Source: Alphaproteobacteria bacterium (GTDB lineage: Bacteria; Pseudomonadota; Alphaproteobacteria; UBA7887). From it: DNA of 64,000 bases. The notes below the pieces were generated by a model. It was not told the DNA's origin. It saw only the letters and a list, made by a program, of their open reading frames with translations, and ran no database searches. Positions within the stretch are counted from its first letter, which is position 1. Each line of letters begins with the position of its first letter. The translations under genes were made by a program, and so were the position numbers. Where the stretch lies: assembly GCA_965216755.1 (NCBI GenBank), contig CBDCGL010000011.1, positions 2,816,001-2,880,000 on the forward strand, read 5' to 3'. Positions 10,416 through 22,295 of the stretch are shown here, in pieces.

Positions 10416-11423
10416 TCAATTGCACCGCGCGTCAACGTAGCGGAGCAAGCGCCAGGTGTTGCGATCAAAATACGGGCCCCACATTTCCTTTGGGCTGTTT
10501 ATGTATTTGAATGAGTTCAGGCCGATTGCGTAGTTGTTTGCACCGGACTGCCCCACTTTCAAATCACCGATCCAACTGCCACCGCTGGAACCGCCACCGA
10601 AGGAATTGCGTTTCATTTCGACGACGCCATTGGTCACGCGCCCCCGCCAGCCTTCAATAACTTGCATATACTTGCCACTGTCAAAGTTGCTGGGATAGCC
10701 GATCGAATGAAATCGACGATAAGGGATGCCCGTGCGAAATCCGAGATGTCCTCCCTTTGACGCTTGCGCCATGCAAATAAACGCATAATCCCACTTGTAC
10801 GGCCATTGCGCCGTGTACCAATTCTTGTAGATGGCGATGAATCTCGGCGATGCAAGTTGACCATTGCCATTGGCGTAGGCGCGGTAAAAACGGTGATTGT
10901 TGTACCAGCGTTTGTTCCTTCGATCATAAACGCAATGTGCGGCCGTCATCAGCACACGGCGATCAGCCACATATTGTGCCGAGCAATACGCCGTTCTAGG
11001 CGTTCTAAAATAGAGTTTGCCGCCGGCGGAGAACGGGAAAACCTTTACATTCGCGCGACGTGACGCGCCAAGGGCCGGGTCTTCCAAATCCTCATCGCTG
11101 GCGTCCTCGGCCTGCGCCGACTCGATCACTTCCGGCTCTGAGTCCGCCAGTTCATCAATCATGTCGGCCTCGGTCGGCGCCAGAAACTCCTCGAATTGCT
11201 CTTCCGAGATAACCGGCAGTTCGACAGGCTCGGCAAACTCTAGCTGTTCCTCAACCCAGAAGGCGTCCGCCTCTGCCGCCATGTCCTCTTGAATTTCGAG
11301 GACATCGATAGACTGGTCTGCCGCGCCCCCTTCATCTCCAGTGTCAATATCTTGAGCAAGAGCGGTGCCCGCCAAGATCAAGCAAGCTCCGATCATGCTC
11401 ATAGGTCCACGCACACACATCAT
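10416..11423 (-). CDS. Secreted trypsin-like (S1/V8-like) serine peptidase with acidic pro-domain
   Basis: TAAHC (His), WDYAF (Asp), GGGSSGG (Ser); signal peptide ending ALA; GAGGGAGG RBS before ATG 11423. Confidence 0.88.
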   Translation of the reverse strand: MMCVRGPMSMIGACLILAGTALAQDIDTGDEGGAADQSIDVLEIQEDMAAEADAFWVEEQLEFAEPVELPVISEEQFEEFLAPTEADMIDELADSEPEVIESAQAEDASDEDLEDPALGASRRANVKVFPFSAGGKLYFRTPRTAYCSAQYVADRRVLMTAAHCVYDRRNKRWYNNHRFYRAYANGNGQLASPRFIAIYKNWYTAQWPYKWDYAFICMAQASKGGHLGFRTGIPYRRFHSIGYPSNFDSGKYMQVIEGWRGRVTNGVVEMKRNSFGGGSSGGSWIGDLKVGQSGANNYAIGLNSFKYINSPKEMWGPYFDRNTWRLLRYVDARCN

Positions 11424-12073
11424 GATTAACCTCCCTCTTTCTAAAAACCCAAGTCTCCAATAAACGAGAAACAAACATTGCAACAAACAAACCTAACCGC
11501 GTAATTTACCTGGGATTGTTTCATTCGATACCAAACATGGATTGATCGACTGCTTTCCATACTCTCTCATTGTTCAAAAATACTGTTTATATTGGTAGAC
11601 TTAATTGTCCTTTCCTCAGCATATCGCATTGCAATTACTTGCTTATTTTTTTTCTGAAAGTATTTATTTGTATTTCATTTCCTCGCGAAGGAAGAATGTC
11701 AAACAAACGCCGGCACACATTCAACATGGCGATCTGCAGGTCACCGCAGAAAGAACCCGTATTACGTGTGTTTATGGACCATAACACACGTTAAAGTCGT
11801 TATTCTACTGAAAAGATTTCCTCGGCAACAAAAAGACTGCCACCGATTCTAATTCGGGAATTTGTTATGGCATCACGCGTTTGGGGGATATTCGGTCACT
11901 CTGGTGGCACCATTCCGGCTGCGCGACTTGGACGTCAATGCCACGTAAACGCCAACAGCCGACGTAATAGTTCACGTGCGGCCAGCACGTTCTGTTTTCA
12001 TTCGTCCGACTTAAAAACAATCACAGCGACCGCTGACCTACCAAGTCGAAGCGCTGTATTGCTATCAATCGCG

Positions 12074-13486
12074 TCAGATATGGATGGTATGGCCGAAAGA
12101 GGCGACGGCGGCGGCTTCCATCACCGCTTCGTTGAGCGTCGGATGGGCGTGACAGGTGCGCGCGATATCTTCCGCCGCGCCGCCGAATTCCATTACGATG
12201 GCGGCCTCGGCGATGAGCGCGCCGGCGTCGCTGCCCAGAATGTGCACGCCCAGCACCCGGTCGGTTTGCGCGTCGACGAGTACTTTGCACAGGCCCGCGG
12301 TGTGGCCGACGGTCTTGGCTCGGCTGTTGGCCATGAACGGAAATTTGCCGGCCCGATAGTCGACGCCAGCCGCCTTCAGCTCTTCTTCGGTCTTACCGAC
12401 CGAGGCGACTTCGGGATCGGTGTAAACCACCGCCGGGATCACGTCATAGTTCACCGCACCCGCCTTGCCGGCGATGCGTTCGGCGACCGCGATCCCCTCA
12501 AAGGATGCCTTGTGCGCCAACATCGGCCCGGGTATGACGTCGCCGATCGCATAGATTGACGGCACATTGGTACGAAACGCGGCGTCGACGGTGATAAAGC
12601 CGCGACCATCGGTGGCCACACCCACACCGTCCAATCCCAAGCCATCGGTATGGGGCTTCCGGCCCACCGCAACCAACACCACGTCCGTGTCGATGGTTTC
12701 GCATTTGCCACCGGCCGCCGGCTCGATGGTCAGCTTGACGCGATTGCCTTTGGCTTTGGCGCCGGTGACCTTTGACGATAGTTTGAACGCCAGGCCCTGG
12801 GCCGAAAGCTGACGATGAAATTGCTTGGCGACCTCACCATCCATGGTTGGCACGATGCGATCAAGAAACTCGACCACGGTGACAGTGGTGCCCAGGCGCG
12901 CCCAAACCGACCCCAGCTCCAGCCCGATATAGCCGCCGCCAACCACCACCATCGACTGCGGCACGGCGTCGAGCGCCAGCGCGCCGGTCGAACTGACAAT
13001 GCGTTGTTCGTCGATGTCGAGCCCCGGCAGCGTCGTCGGCACCGACCCCGTGGCGACGACAATATGATCGGCGCCGAGCTGTTGGGTGGCGCCCGAGTCC
13101 GATGTCACGATCACTTCGTTGGTGCCGCTGATACGGCCGGCGCCGGCCACGTGGCTGACCTCGTTCTTTTTGAACAGGCCTTGAATGCCCTTGGTAAAGG
13201 TACCGACCACCTTGTCCTTTTCCGCCATCATGGCCGACAGGTCCAAGGACAGGCCCTTGGTCTTGATGCCATGGGCGGCGAAGTGATGGGCCGCCTCGTA
13301 ATAGCGCTCGGACCAATGCAGCAAAGTTTTCGAAGGAATGCAGCCCACGTTCAGACAAGTGCCGCCCAGAGTCGGGCGGCTTTCGACACAGGCCACCGAA
13401 AGACCCTGTTGGGCGGCGGCAATCGCGGCGACATAGCCGCCGGGTCCACCGCCTATGACAACGACATCATGGTTGGCATCGGCCAT
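12074..13486 (-). CDS. lpdA: Dihydrolipoyl dehydrogenase (E3)
   Basis: GGGPGGY FAD motif, GGTCLNVGCIPSK, HAHPTLNE. Confidence 0.98.
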   Translation of the reverse strand: MADANHDVVVIGGGPGGYVAAIAAAQQGLSVACVESRPTLGGTCLNVGCIPSKTLLHWSERYYEAAHHFAAHGIKTKGLSLDLSAMMAEKDKVVGTFTKGIQGLFKKNEVSHVAGAGRISGTNEVIVTSDSGATQQLGADHIVVATGSVPTTLPGLDIDEQRIVSSTGALALDAVPQSMVVVGGGYIGLELGSVWARLGTTVTVVEFLDRIVPTMDGEVAKQFHRQLSAQGLAFKLSSKVTGAKAKGNRVKLTIEPAAGGKCETIDTDVVLVAVGRKPHTDGLGLDGVGVATDGRGFITVDAAFRTNVPSIYAIGDVIPGPMLAHKASFEGIAVAERIAGKAGAVNYDVIPAVVYTDPEVASVGKTEEELKAAGVDYRAGKFPFMANSRAKTVGHTAGLCKVLVDAQTDRVLGVHILGSDAGALIAEAAIVMEFGGAAEDIARTCHAHPTLNEAVMEAAAVASFGHTIHI

Positions 13487-13507
13487 CCGAGCGCCCTCTT
13501 TAGCTGA

Positions 13508-14791
13508 CTAAATATCCAACATGATGCGGTGCGGGTCTTCGATACATTCTTTGATCCGCACCAGGAAGGTCACGGCCTCGCGCCCATCGATGATGCGATG
13601 GTCATAGGACAAGGCCAGATACATCATCGGCCGCAGTTCGATCTTGTCACCCACCGCCATCGGCCGCTTGTCGATCTTGTGCATGCCGAGAATCGCCGAC
13701 TGCGGCGCGTTCAAGATCGGTGTCGACATCAGGGAACCATAGACACCGCCGTTGGTGATCGTGAAGGTGCCGCCGGTCATATCCGACACTGTTAGTTTGC
13801 CGTCACGCGCTTTTTGGCCGAACTCTTTGATCGTGCGCTCGACATCGGCGAAGCCCATCTGGTCGGCATCGCGCAGGACCGGCACTACCAAGCCCTGGGG
13901 CGCGCCGACCGCGACGCCGACGTTGTAGTAATCCTTGTAGACGATGTCGTCGCCATCGATTTCGGCGTTGACCGCTGCTTGCTCTTTGAGCGCGACGATC
14001 GCCGCCTTGACGAAGAACGACATGAACCCCAAGCGGATGCCATAGCGCTTTTCAAAGCCATCGCGATATTGGGCACGCAACGCCATCACATTGGTCATGT
14101 CCACCTCGTTAAAGGTGGTCAGCATGGCCGCCGTATTTTGCGCTTCCTTGAGCCGGCCAGCAATCGCCCGGCGCAGGCGCGACATCGGTTCGCGGCGTTC
14201 GCGTGCTTCGCCGGCCGCCGGGGCGCGGACGGGGGCCGGCGCGGGTACCGGCGCCTTGGCGACAGGCGGAGCCGGCGCAGGTGATGGCGCCGGCGGCTGT
14301 TGCTGCTGTTCCAGCGCGGCCAAGACATCACCCTTCAGGATCCGCCCATCCTTGCCTGTCGCAGCAATGGATTCGGGCGCGACGTCATGTTCGGCGAGCA
14401 AACGCCGCACGGCCGGCGACATCGGTATGCCGGCGCCCGCGTCGGCATGCGGCACGGATCCGGTTTCCGGGCTCACCGGCTCTGTTTCCGCGGGCGCCCC
14501 CGCGCCATTTCCCGACTTGCTCGTTGGGGCCGTTGGGGCCGCGGCCGGGACCTCACCCTCAGCGATGCGGGCCAAAAGCGCGCCCACTTCAACATTCTCG
14601 CCTTCGCTGACGATCACTTCGGCCAATGTACCGGCGCTTTCGGCGACCACCTCCAGATTGACCTTATCGGTCTCCAACTCGACGATGACTTCGTCACGCT
14701 GAACCGTTTCGCCACTTGACTTGAACCATTTGGCAACCGTGGCCTCGGTCACGGATTCGCCTAGCTCTGGCACCACAACGTCGATCGTCAT
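13508..14791 (-). CDS. sucB: 2-oxoglutarate dehydrogenase E2 succinyltransferase
   Basis: Lipoyl domain ETDKV, E3-binding domain, DHRIIDG. Confidence 0.98.
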   Translation of the reverse strand: MTIDVVVPELGESVTEATVAKWFKSSGETVQRDEVIVELETDKVNLEVVAESAGTLAEVIVSEGENVEVGALLARIAEGEVPAAAPTAPTSKSGNGAGAPAETEPVSPETGSVPHADAGAGIPMSPAVRRLLAEHDVAPESIAATGKDGRILKGDVLAALEQQQQPPAPSPAPAPPVAKAPVPAPAPVRAPAAGEARERREPMSRLRRAIAGRLKEAQNTAAMLTTFNEVDMTNVMALRAQYRDGFEKRYGIRLGFMSFFVKAAIVALKEQAAVNAEIDGDDIVYKDYYNVGVAVGAPQGLVVPVLRDADQMGFADVERTIKEFGQKARDGKLTVSDMTGGTFTITNGGVYGSLMSTPILNAPQSAILGMHKIDKRPMAVGDKIELRPMMYLALSYDHRIIDGREAVTFLVRIKECIEDPHRIMLDI

Positions 14792-14837
14792 TGTTCACAC
14801 CACCTTCGACTTATCGCAACTGTGCGCCGCACCCAGA

Positions 14838-17624
14838 TCACCCATGCACCAGCGCCTCGTCGATTAGATTTGCCTGTTCACGCTGATGCACCTTGATGAA
14901 GCCGGTGGCCGGCGAGGCCGCTTCGTCGCGTCCGGCATAGCGCGGCCGCGTGGCCTTCACATCCAGACTGCCCAAAACGTCCTCAATGCGTGGTCCAACA
15001 AATGTCCAGGCGCCCATATTCTTGGGCTCTTCCTGACACCACACGACGTCAGCATTTCCATATTGAGAAAGTTCAGCCGCTAATGACTGGTCTGGAAACG
15101 GCGCCAATTGTTCGATCCGAACAATCGCGACGTCGTCGATGCCGCGATCTTCGCGCGCCTCGAGCAGATCGTAATAGACCTTGCCCGTACATAACACCAC
15201 ACGCCGGACATCGGCCGCTTTAGCGATTTTCTGGCTCTCTGGCAGCACCCGGCGAAACGCGCTGCGCCCGCTAAACTCGGCCAACTTCGACACGCAGCGT
15301 TTGTGGCGCAACAGTGATTTCGGCGTCATCAGTATCAGCGGTTTACGGTACTTGCGATGCAGTTGGCGACGCAGCACATGGAAATGATTGGCCGGTGTCG
15401 TGCAATTGGCGATCTGGATATTGTCGTCGCCAAACAGTTGCAGGTAACGCTCCAAGCGCGCCGAGCTGTGTTCCGGCCCCTGGCCCTCATAGCCGTGCGG
15501 CAGCAGCATCACCAAACCCGACATACGCAGCCATTTGCTTTCCCCAGAGCTGATGAACTGGTCGATGATCACCTGTGCACCATTGGCGAAATCGCCAAAC
15601 TGGGCTTCCCACATGACCAGGCAATTGGGATCGGCCAAGGTGTAGCCATATTCGAAACCCAGTACCGCCGCCTCTGACAGCATCGAATCGATGACCTCAA
15701 ACCGGGCCTGGTCCGGCGCCAAGTTGTTGAGTGGAATATAGCGTTCTTCGGTGAGCTGATCGGACAAAACCGCATGCCGCTGGGAAAACGTACCACGGCC
15801 GCTGTCCTGGCCGCTGAGGCGCACCGGCTTGTGCTCGACCAACAAGGTGCCGAACGCCAAGGCTTCCGCCGTTGCCCAATCGATGGCGCGGCCGGTTTCG
15901 ATCGCGGTGCGCCGGGTCTCCAGGAACCGCGCGATTTTGCGATGCGCATTGAACCCTTCGGGAAAGCGGCACAACGCCGCGCCGATTTGTTTGAGCGCCC
16001 CGGTCGGCACCGCGGTCTTGGCCTTTGGCTCGCCTTCCGGCGGCGCCTCAAACCCGGACCACTTGCCTTCCAGCCAATCCGCCTTGTTGAGTCGGAAGCC
16101 CTTCGACGCCTCGAAGTCTGCATCCAACCTGCTATGGAAATCGCGCAGCCGCTTGTCGGCCTCACCGGCCGTCAACACACCGTCGGTGACCAAACGCTGG
16201 GTATAAATCTGCCGCGTGGTCGCGTGTTCGGCGATCTTTTTATACATCAACGGTTGGGTGAAACTGGGCTCGTCGCCTTCATTGTGGCCATACCGCCGGT
16301 AGCAAAATATGTCGAGCACGACGTCGCGATGAAAGTGACAGCGATATTCGGCGGCGAAGTGGGCCGCGTGGGCAACCGCCTCTGGATCGTCGCCATTCAC
16401 ATGGATGATCGGCGCCTGCACCATTTTGCCAACGTCAGACGGGTAGGGCGAGGAGCGGGAAAACCCAGGGCTGGTGGTAAAGCCGATCTGGTTGTTGACG
16501 ATGATGTGAATCGTGCCGCCGGCGCGATAGCCGCGCAGTTCGGACAAGCCAAACGTTTCGGCCACCAAGCCTTGGCCGGCGAATGCGGCATCGCCATGCA
16601 ACAAAATGCTCATCACCCGCTTGTGCGCCAAGTCGCCAATCATAGTTTGCTTGGCACGTACCTTGCCCAACACCACCGGATTGACCGCCTCTAAATGTGA
16701 CGGATTGGCCGTCAGCGATAGATGCATGGGCTTGCCATTGCTCAGCTCACGATCAGCCGAGGTGCCAAGATGGTACTTGACGTCGCCCGAACCCTGGACA
16801 TCTTCCGGGTTGGCGGCCTCGCCCTGAAATTCGGCAAACAGCTGCTGATAGGATTTGCCCATCACGGTGGCTAGTACATTCAAGCGGCCGCGATGGGGCA
16901 TGCCCAAGACAATCTCGTCGACGCCCAAATCGCTGGAGACGCGAATAATCGATTCCATGGCGGGGACCAACGATTCCGCGCCTTCGATGGAAAACCGCTT
17001 GGCACCCCGATATTTGAGATTCAAATAGCGCTCAAAGCCCTCTGAGCGTTCCAGCTGATCAAGAATCTCCATCCGCTCCTGCGCCGAAAAAGCGGTCCGA
17101 TTGAGCGTGTTTTCGACCCGCTGCTGAATCCACGATTTCTCCACCGGATATTGGATATGCATGAACTCGACACCGATCTTGGTGCAGTAAACCTGCTGCA
17201 AGATCGACAGGATTTGACGCAACGTCGCGGTTTCCTGGCCGAGCACGCCATCGATAAAAAAGCTTCGATCGAAATCAGAGTCGGTGAAGCCATAGGTGGC
17301 CGGATCAAGTTCCGGGTGATGGCGTTCGGACTCAAGCCGCAATGGATCAAGATCGGCAATCAAATGACCGCGCACCCGATAGGCGCGGATCAGCATCAAA
17401 ACGCGCAACGAGTCGCGCGTGACACGGCGCGCCGCGTCGGCGTTCTCCGCGCCCGTCGCCTGCGCCGCACGCAGCCCCAAGCCCTCAGGCGCATCGCTGA
17501 GTTCCTCGAAGAACGTCCGCCAACTGGGGTCGACCGCCGCCGGATCGCTGCGGTAGGCCTCGTAGATCTGCTCCAGGAATGCGCCATTGGCCCCGGACAA
17601 GAACGAAAGATCACTGGTCTGCAT
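14838..17624 (-). CDS. sucA: 2-oxoglutarate dehydrogenase E1
   Basis: GMPHRGRLN, HGDAAFAGQG, GQGPEHSSAR. Confidence 0.99.
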   Translation of the reverse strand: MQTSDLSFLSGANGAFLEQIYEAYRSDPAAVDPSWRTFFEELSDAPEGLGLRAAQATGAENADAARRVTRDSLRVLMLIRAYRVRGHLIADLDPLRLESERHHPELDPATYGFTDSDFDRSFFIDGVLGQETATLRQILSILQQVYCTKIGVEFMHIQYPVEKSWIQQRVENTLNRTAFSAQERMEILDQLERSEGFERYLNLKYRGAKRFSIEGAESLVPAMESIIRVSSDLGVDEIVLGMPHRGRLNVLATVMGKSYQQLFAEFQGEAANPEDVQGSGDVKYHLGTSADRELSNGKPMHLSLTANPSHLEAVNPVVLGKVRAKQTMIGDLAHKRVMSILLHGDAAFAGQGLVAETFGLSELRGYRAGGTIHIIVNNQIGFTTSPGFSRSSPYPSDVGKMVQAPIIHVNGDDPEAVAHAAHFAAEYRCHFHRDVVLDIFCYRRYGHNEGDEPSFTQPLMYKKIAEHATTRQIYTQRLVTDGVLTAGEADKRLRDFHSRLDADFEASKGFRLNKADWLEGKWSGFEAPPEGEPKAKTAVPTGALKQIGAALCRFPEGFNAHRKIARFLETRRTAIETGRAIDWATAEALAFGTLLVEHKPVRLSGQDSGRGTFSQRHAVLSDQLTEERYIPLNNLAPDQARFEVIDSMLSEAAVLGFEYGYTLADPNCLVMWEAQFGDFANGAQVIIDQFISSGESKWLRMSGLVMLLPHGYEGQGPEHSSARLERYLQLFGDDNIQIANCTTPANHFHVLRRQLHRKYRKPLILMTPKSLLRHKRCVSKLAEFSGRSAFRRVLPESQKIAKAADVRRVVLCTGKVYYDLLEAREDRGIDDVAIVRIEQLAPFPDQSLAAELSQYGNADVVWCQEEPKNMGAWTFVGPRIEDVLGSLDVKATRPRYAGRDEAASPATGFIKVHQREQANLIDEALVHG

Positions 17625-17698
17625 AGTTCATCTTCACCCGTCACACAGACACGCCGCGCTGCGCGGGCGGCCCGGCGGGCGCCATGTGCGGGCGGTGC

Positions 17699-18574
17699 CT
17701 AGCTGTTGAGCGCCGCCTGCATGGTTTGACCGATTGTCGCCGGCGAGTCGGCAACAATGACATTGGCTTCCTTCAGGGCCGCGATTTTCTCCTCGGCGCC
17801 GCCCTTGCCACCCGAGATAATCGCCCCGGCATGCCCCATGCGCCGTCCCGGTGGCGCGGTCAAACCGGCGATAAAGCCGACCACCGGCTTGGAATTGCCG
17901 GCTTCGACCAAGAACGCCGCGGCATCTTCTTCGGCCGTGCCGCCGATTTCGCCGATCATGATCATCGCCTCGGTTGCCGGGTCTTCCATAAAACCCTGCA
18001 AGCAGTCGATGAAATTCGTGCCGTTGACCGGATCGCCACCAATCCCAACACATGTGCTTTGGCCCAATCCGACCGCCGTCGTCTGGGCCACAGCCTCATA
18101 GGTCAGGGTACCTGAACGCGAGACGATGCCAACCTTTCCCGGCGTATGGATGTGGCCCGGCATGATGCCGATCTTGCATTGCCCCGGGGTGATCACGCCC
18201 GGGCAATTGGGGCCGACCAAGCGCGTCTTTGACTCGCCCAAAATGCGTTTCACGCGCACCATATCGGCCACCGGTATCCCTTCAGTGATGCACACCACCA
18301 AATCGAGCCCGGCATCAACCGCCTCGAGAATCGCGTCGGCGGCAAATGGTGGCGGTACATAGATCACCGAGGCATTGGCGCCGGTGCCGTCAACAGCTTG
18401 GCGCACAGTGTCGAACACCGGCAAATCGATATGGGTGCTACCGCCTTTGCCCGGCGTGACGCCGCCAACCATGTTGGTGCCATAGGCGATGGCCTGTTCC
18501 GAATGAAAGGTGCCTTGCTGACCGGTAAAACCCTGGCAAATGACCCGCGTATTCGCATCGATAAATATGGCCAT
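17699..18574 (-). CDS. sucD: Succinyl-CoA synthetase alpha subunit
   Basis: QGFTG, GPNCPG, RMGHAGA phospho-His. Confidence 0.99.
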   Translation of the reverse strand: MAIFIDANTRVICQGFTGQQGTFHSEQAIAYGTNMVGGVTPGKGGSTHIDLPVFDTVRQAVDGTGANASVIYVPPPFAADAILEAVDAGLDLVVCITEGIPVADMVRVKRILGESKTRLVGPNCPGVITPGQCKIGIMPGHIHTPGKVGIVSRSGTLTYEAVAQTTAVGLGQSTCVGIGGDPVNGTNFIDCLQGFMEDPATEAMIMIGEIGGTAEEDAAAFLVEAGNSKPVVGFIAGLTAPPGRRMGHAGAIISGGKGGAEEKIAALKEANVIVADSPATIGQTMQAALNS

Positions 18575-19743
18575 CAGGCTGCTTCCCTTACCGCGGCGAC
18601 AACCTTGCTGGCAGCGTCGGCCAAATCCGTGGCCGGCACGATCGCCAATCCCGATTGCGCGAGAATGCGGTTGCCGAGTTCAACGTTGGTGCCTTCCAAC
18701 CGCACCACCAGCGGCACATGGACGCTGACCTCGCGCGCCGCGGAGACAATGCCCTCGGCGATCACGTCACAGCGCATGATGCCACCGAAAATATTGACCA
18801 ACACGCCTTCAACATCGGGGTCGGACAAGATCAGCTTAAAAGCTTCCGTCACCCGCTCGCCGGTCGCGCCGCCACCGACATCCAGGAAATTGGCCGGCGC
18901 GCCACCATTGAGCTTGATGATATCCATGGTCGCCATGGCCAGGCCGGCGCCATTGACCATGCAGCCGATCGTGCCGTCGAGCTTGATGTAGTTCAAATCG
19001 TGGCGCGATGCTTCCAGCTCACGCGGGTCTTCTTCGCTTTCGTCGCGCAATTCGACGATTTCCGGATGGCGAAACAGCGCGTTGTCGTCGAAGTTCATTT
19101 TCGCGTCCAAGGCGATAATGTCGCCGGCGCCGGTCACCACCAGCGGATTGATCTCAACCAGGCTGGCATCGGTGGCGATATAGGCATCGTACACCGCGCG
19201 CATGAACTTGACCGCCGCGTTGACCTGCCGTCCTTCCAATCCCAATCCAAACGCCAGTTGCCGGGCATGAAACGGTTGCATGCCGACCGCCGGGTCCACG
19301 GTCACGCGGTAGATCTTCTCCGGTGTCTTGGCCGCCACCTCTTCGATATCCATGCCGCCTTCGGCCGAAGCCATGACAGTCACGCGACTGGACGCGCGAT
19401 CGAGCAGCACGCCGAGATAGAGCTCGCGCGCGATGTCGCAGCCTTCTTCGATGTACACACGGCTGACGCGTTGGCCGGCCGGTCCGGTCTGATGGGTGAC
19501 CAGGTTCATGCCGATGATTTCCTCGGCGAACTGGCCAACTTCATCGAGCGAACGGGCCAGTTTGACACCGCCCCCCTTGCCGCGCCCGCCGGCGTGGATT
19601 TGGGCTTTGACAACCCAGACCGAACCGCCGAGTTCCGAAGCGGCATCGTGGGCTTCCTTGCGCGTATAGGCAACGCGGCCACGGGGCACCGCGACGCCGA
19701 ACTTCGACAGAAGCGCTTTCGCTTGATATTCGTGAATGTTCAT
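18574..19743 (-). CDS. sucC: Succinyl-CoA synthetase beta subunit
   Basis: [44 protein letters not shown]. Confidence 0.99.
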   Translation of the reverse strand: MNIHEYQAKALLSKFGVAVPRGRVAYTRKEAHDAASELGGSVWVVKAQIHAGGRGKGGGVKLARSLDEVGQFAEEIIGMNLVTHQTGPAGQRVSRVYIEEGCDIARELYLGVLLDRASSRVTVMASAEGGMDIEEVAAKTPEKIYRVTVDPAVGMQPFHARQLAFGLGLEGRQVNAAVKFMRAVYDAYIATDASLVEINPLVVTGAGDIIALDAKMNFDDNALFRHPEIVELRDESEEDPRELEASRHDLNYIKLDGTIGCMVNGAGLAMATMDIIKLNGGAPANFLDVGGGATGERVTEAFKLILSDPDVEGVLVNIFGGIMRCDVIAEGIVSAAREVSVHVPLVVRLEGTNVELGNRILAQSGLAIVPATDLADAASKVVAAVREAA

Positions 19744-19902
19744 CTTGGCATGCCTGCGGTTATGCGACCGCGAACGGGATCGGAGCCGCGGCTTGGGCTA
19801 TCCCTATGTTTATAGGTTTCAAACGCACGTGGACAACCGCGCAGCGATGGATTTCTGGCGGAATTGCACCAGATCGCGCGCGTTGCGATCACCCCCCACG
19901 GT

Positions 19903-20994
<1,092 letters not shown>

Positions 20995-21112
20995 CTATTG
21001 TGGATACGGTGTTGCGGGATTTCGGATTGTCTTGAAATTGCGGGCACCCAACGCGGCCGCATGACGGTTTCGTAGCTTAGATTACCGGTCTCTGCAAGGC
21101 CCAGGCCACGGT

Positions 21113-22234
21113 TTACGCCGCGCGTTCTTGTCCCAAATATGTGGACGTTTGCATTTCGATGAGCCTGGAAACGGTTCGCTGAAATTCGAATGCGCCCGTG
21201 CCGTGGGGATACAGGGCTTCAGGTGGACCGTCGGCGCTGCACAGCAATTTCACACCTTGCTCATAGAGAACATCGATCAAGGTTGCAAAACGCCGCGCCT
21301 CATTGCGCTGTTCCGGCGCCATGCGCGGGATCTGTTCCAGGAACACCGTATGATAGCGCGCGGCGATGGCAAGATAGTCCGCCGCGCCGAGCGCCGCACC
21401 GCATAGTTCATTAAAGCTGAACCTGGCGATGCCGCCATGGGCCACAGGCACCGTCATTGTCCGCCCTTGGACGGTTAGACTTTCCTCGATCGCCTCGGCA
21501 TGGCCGACCAAGCGTGCGAAACACTGTTCCAAGGCAGCCGCGCTGTCGCCGTTGAGTGGCGTGAAATAAACCGCCATATCGCGCAAACCATCAAGGCGAT
21601 AGTCGTGCCCACCCTCAAGCGCCAAAATGTCTAAGCGTTCCTTGAGTAACGCAATAAATGGCAGAAACCGATCCCGTTGCAGTCCCCCCTGATAAAGTTC
21701 ATCCGGTGCCCGGTTCGACGTCGCCACCACCACCACACCACGGTCAAACAACGCCGCAAACAGCCGCGACATGATCAATGCATCGGCCACATCGCGCACT
21801 TCGAACTCATCAAAACACAGCAACCACGCCTCGGCCGAGAGCGCGTCGGCGAGCGGCGGAATCGGGTCGGCGGCACGTCCATTGCGGCGCGCCCGCATTT
21901 GCTGGCGCCAGGCGTGAATACGGCCATGTACGTCGACCATGAAACGATGGAAATGGGTGCGTCGCACCGACTCGGTTGGTGCGGCATCGTGAAATAGGTC
22001 CATGACCATGGTCTTGCCGCGACCGACACCGCCAAAAATATACAGCCCCAGTGGCGGCGGCGCCGGTTTGGCAAGCCCCAAACGGTGCCGCCAACCGCGA
22101 TCACCGGGCTGGTGATGTCGCAGTCGGCGATGGAGCAATTGCAGCTTTTCCACCGCCAGTTCCTGCGCGGGATCAGGGCGCAACGCGCCCGTCGCCAATA
22201 GTGCCCGATAGGCGGCAATCGGTTCGTCGGTCAT
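21113..22234 (-). CDS. zapE: Cell division ATPase ZapE (AFG1 family)
   Basis: GGVGRGKT, LCFDEF, ATSNRAP, RTVSRLIEMQ. Confidence 0.93.
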   Translation of the reverse strand: MTDEPIAAYRALLATGALRPDPAQELAVEKLQLLHRRLRHHQPGDRGWRHRLGLAKPAPPPLGLYIFGGVGRGKTMVMDLFHDAAPTESVRRTHFHRFMVDVHGRIHAWRQQMRARRNGRAADPIPPLADALSAEAWLLCFDEFEVRDVADALIMSRLFAALFDRGVVVVATSNRAPDELYQGGLQRDRFLPFIALLKERLDILALEGGHDYRLDGLRDMAVYFTPLNGDSAAALEQCFARLVGHAEAIEESLTVQGRTMTVPVAHGGIARFSFNELCGAALGAADYLAIAARYHTVFLEQIPRMAPEQRNEARRFATLIDVLYEQGVKLLCSADGPPEALYPHGTGAFEFQRTVSRLIEMQTSTYLGQERAA

Positions 22235-22295
22235 GACAGTGATATAGGCCGCGACGCCGCCATTCACCGTCGGCGGCGCCGGGCGAGTTTGCGCC

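Noticed and set aside
11570-11794. 74-aa ORF in the AT-rich region
   Set aside because: TTG start, no RBS and no recognisable motif; probably spurious
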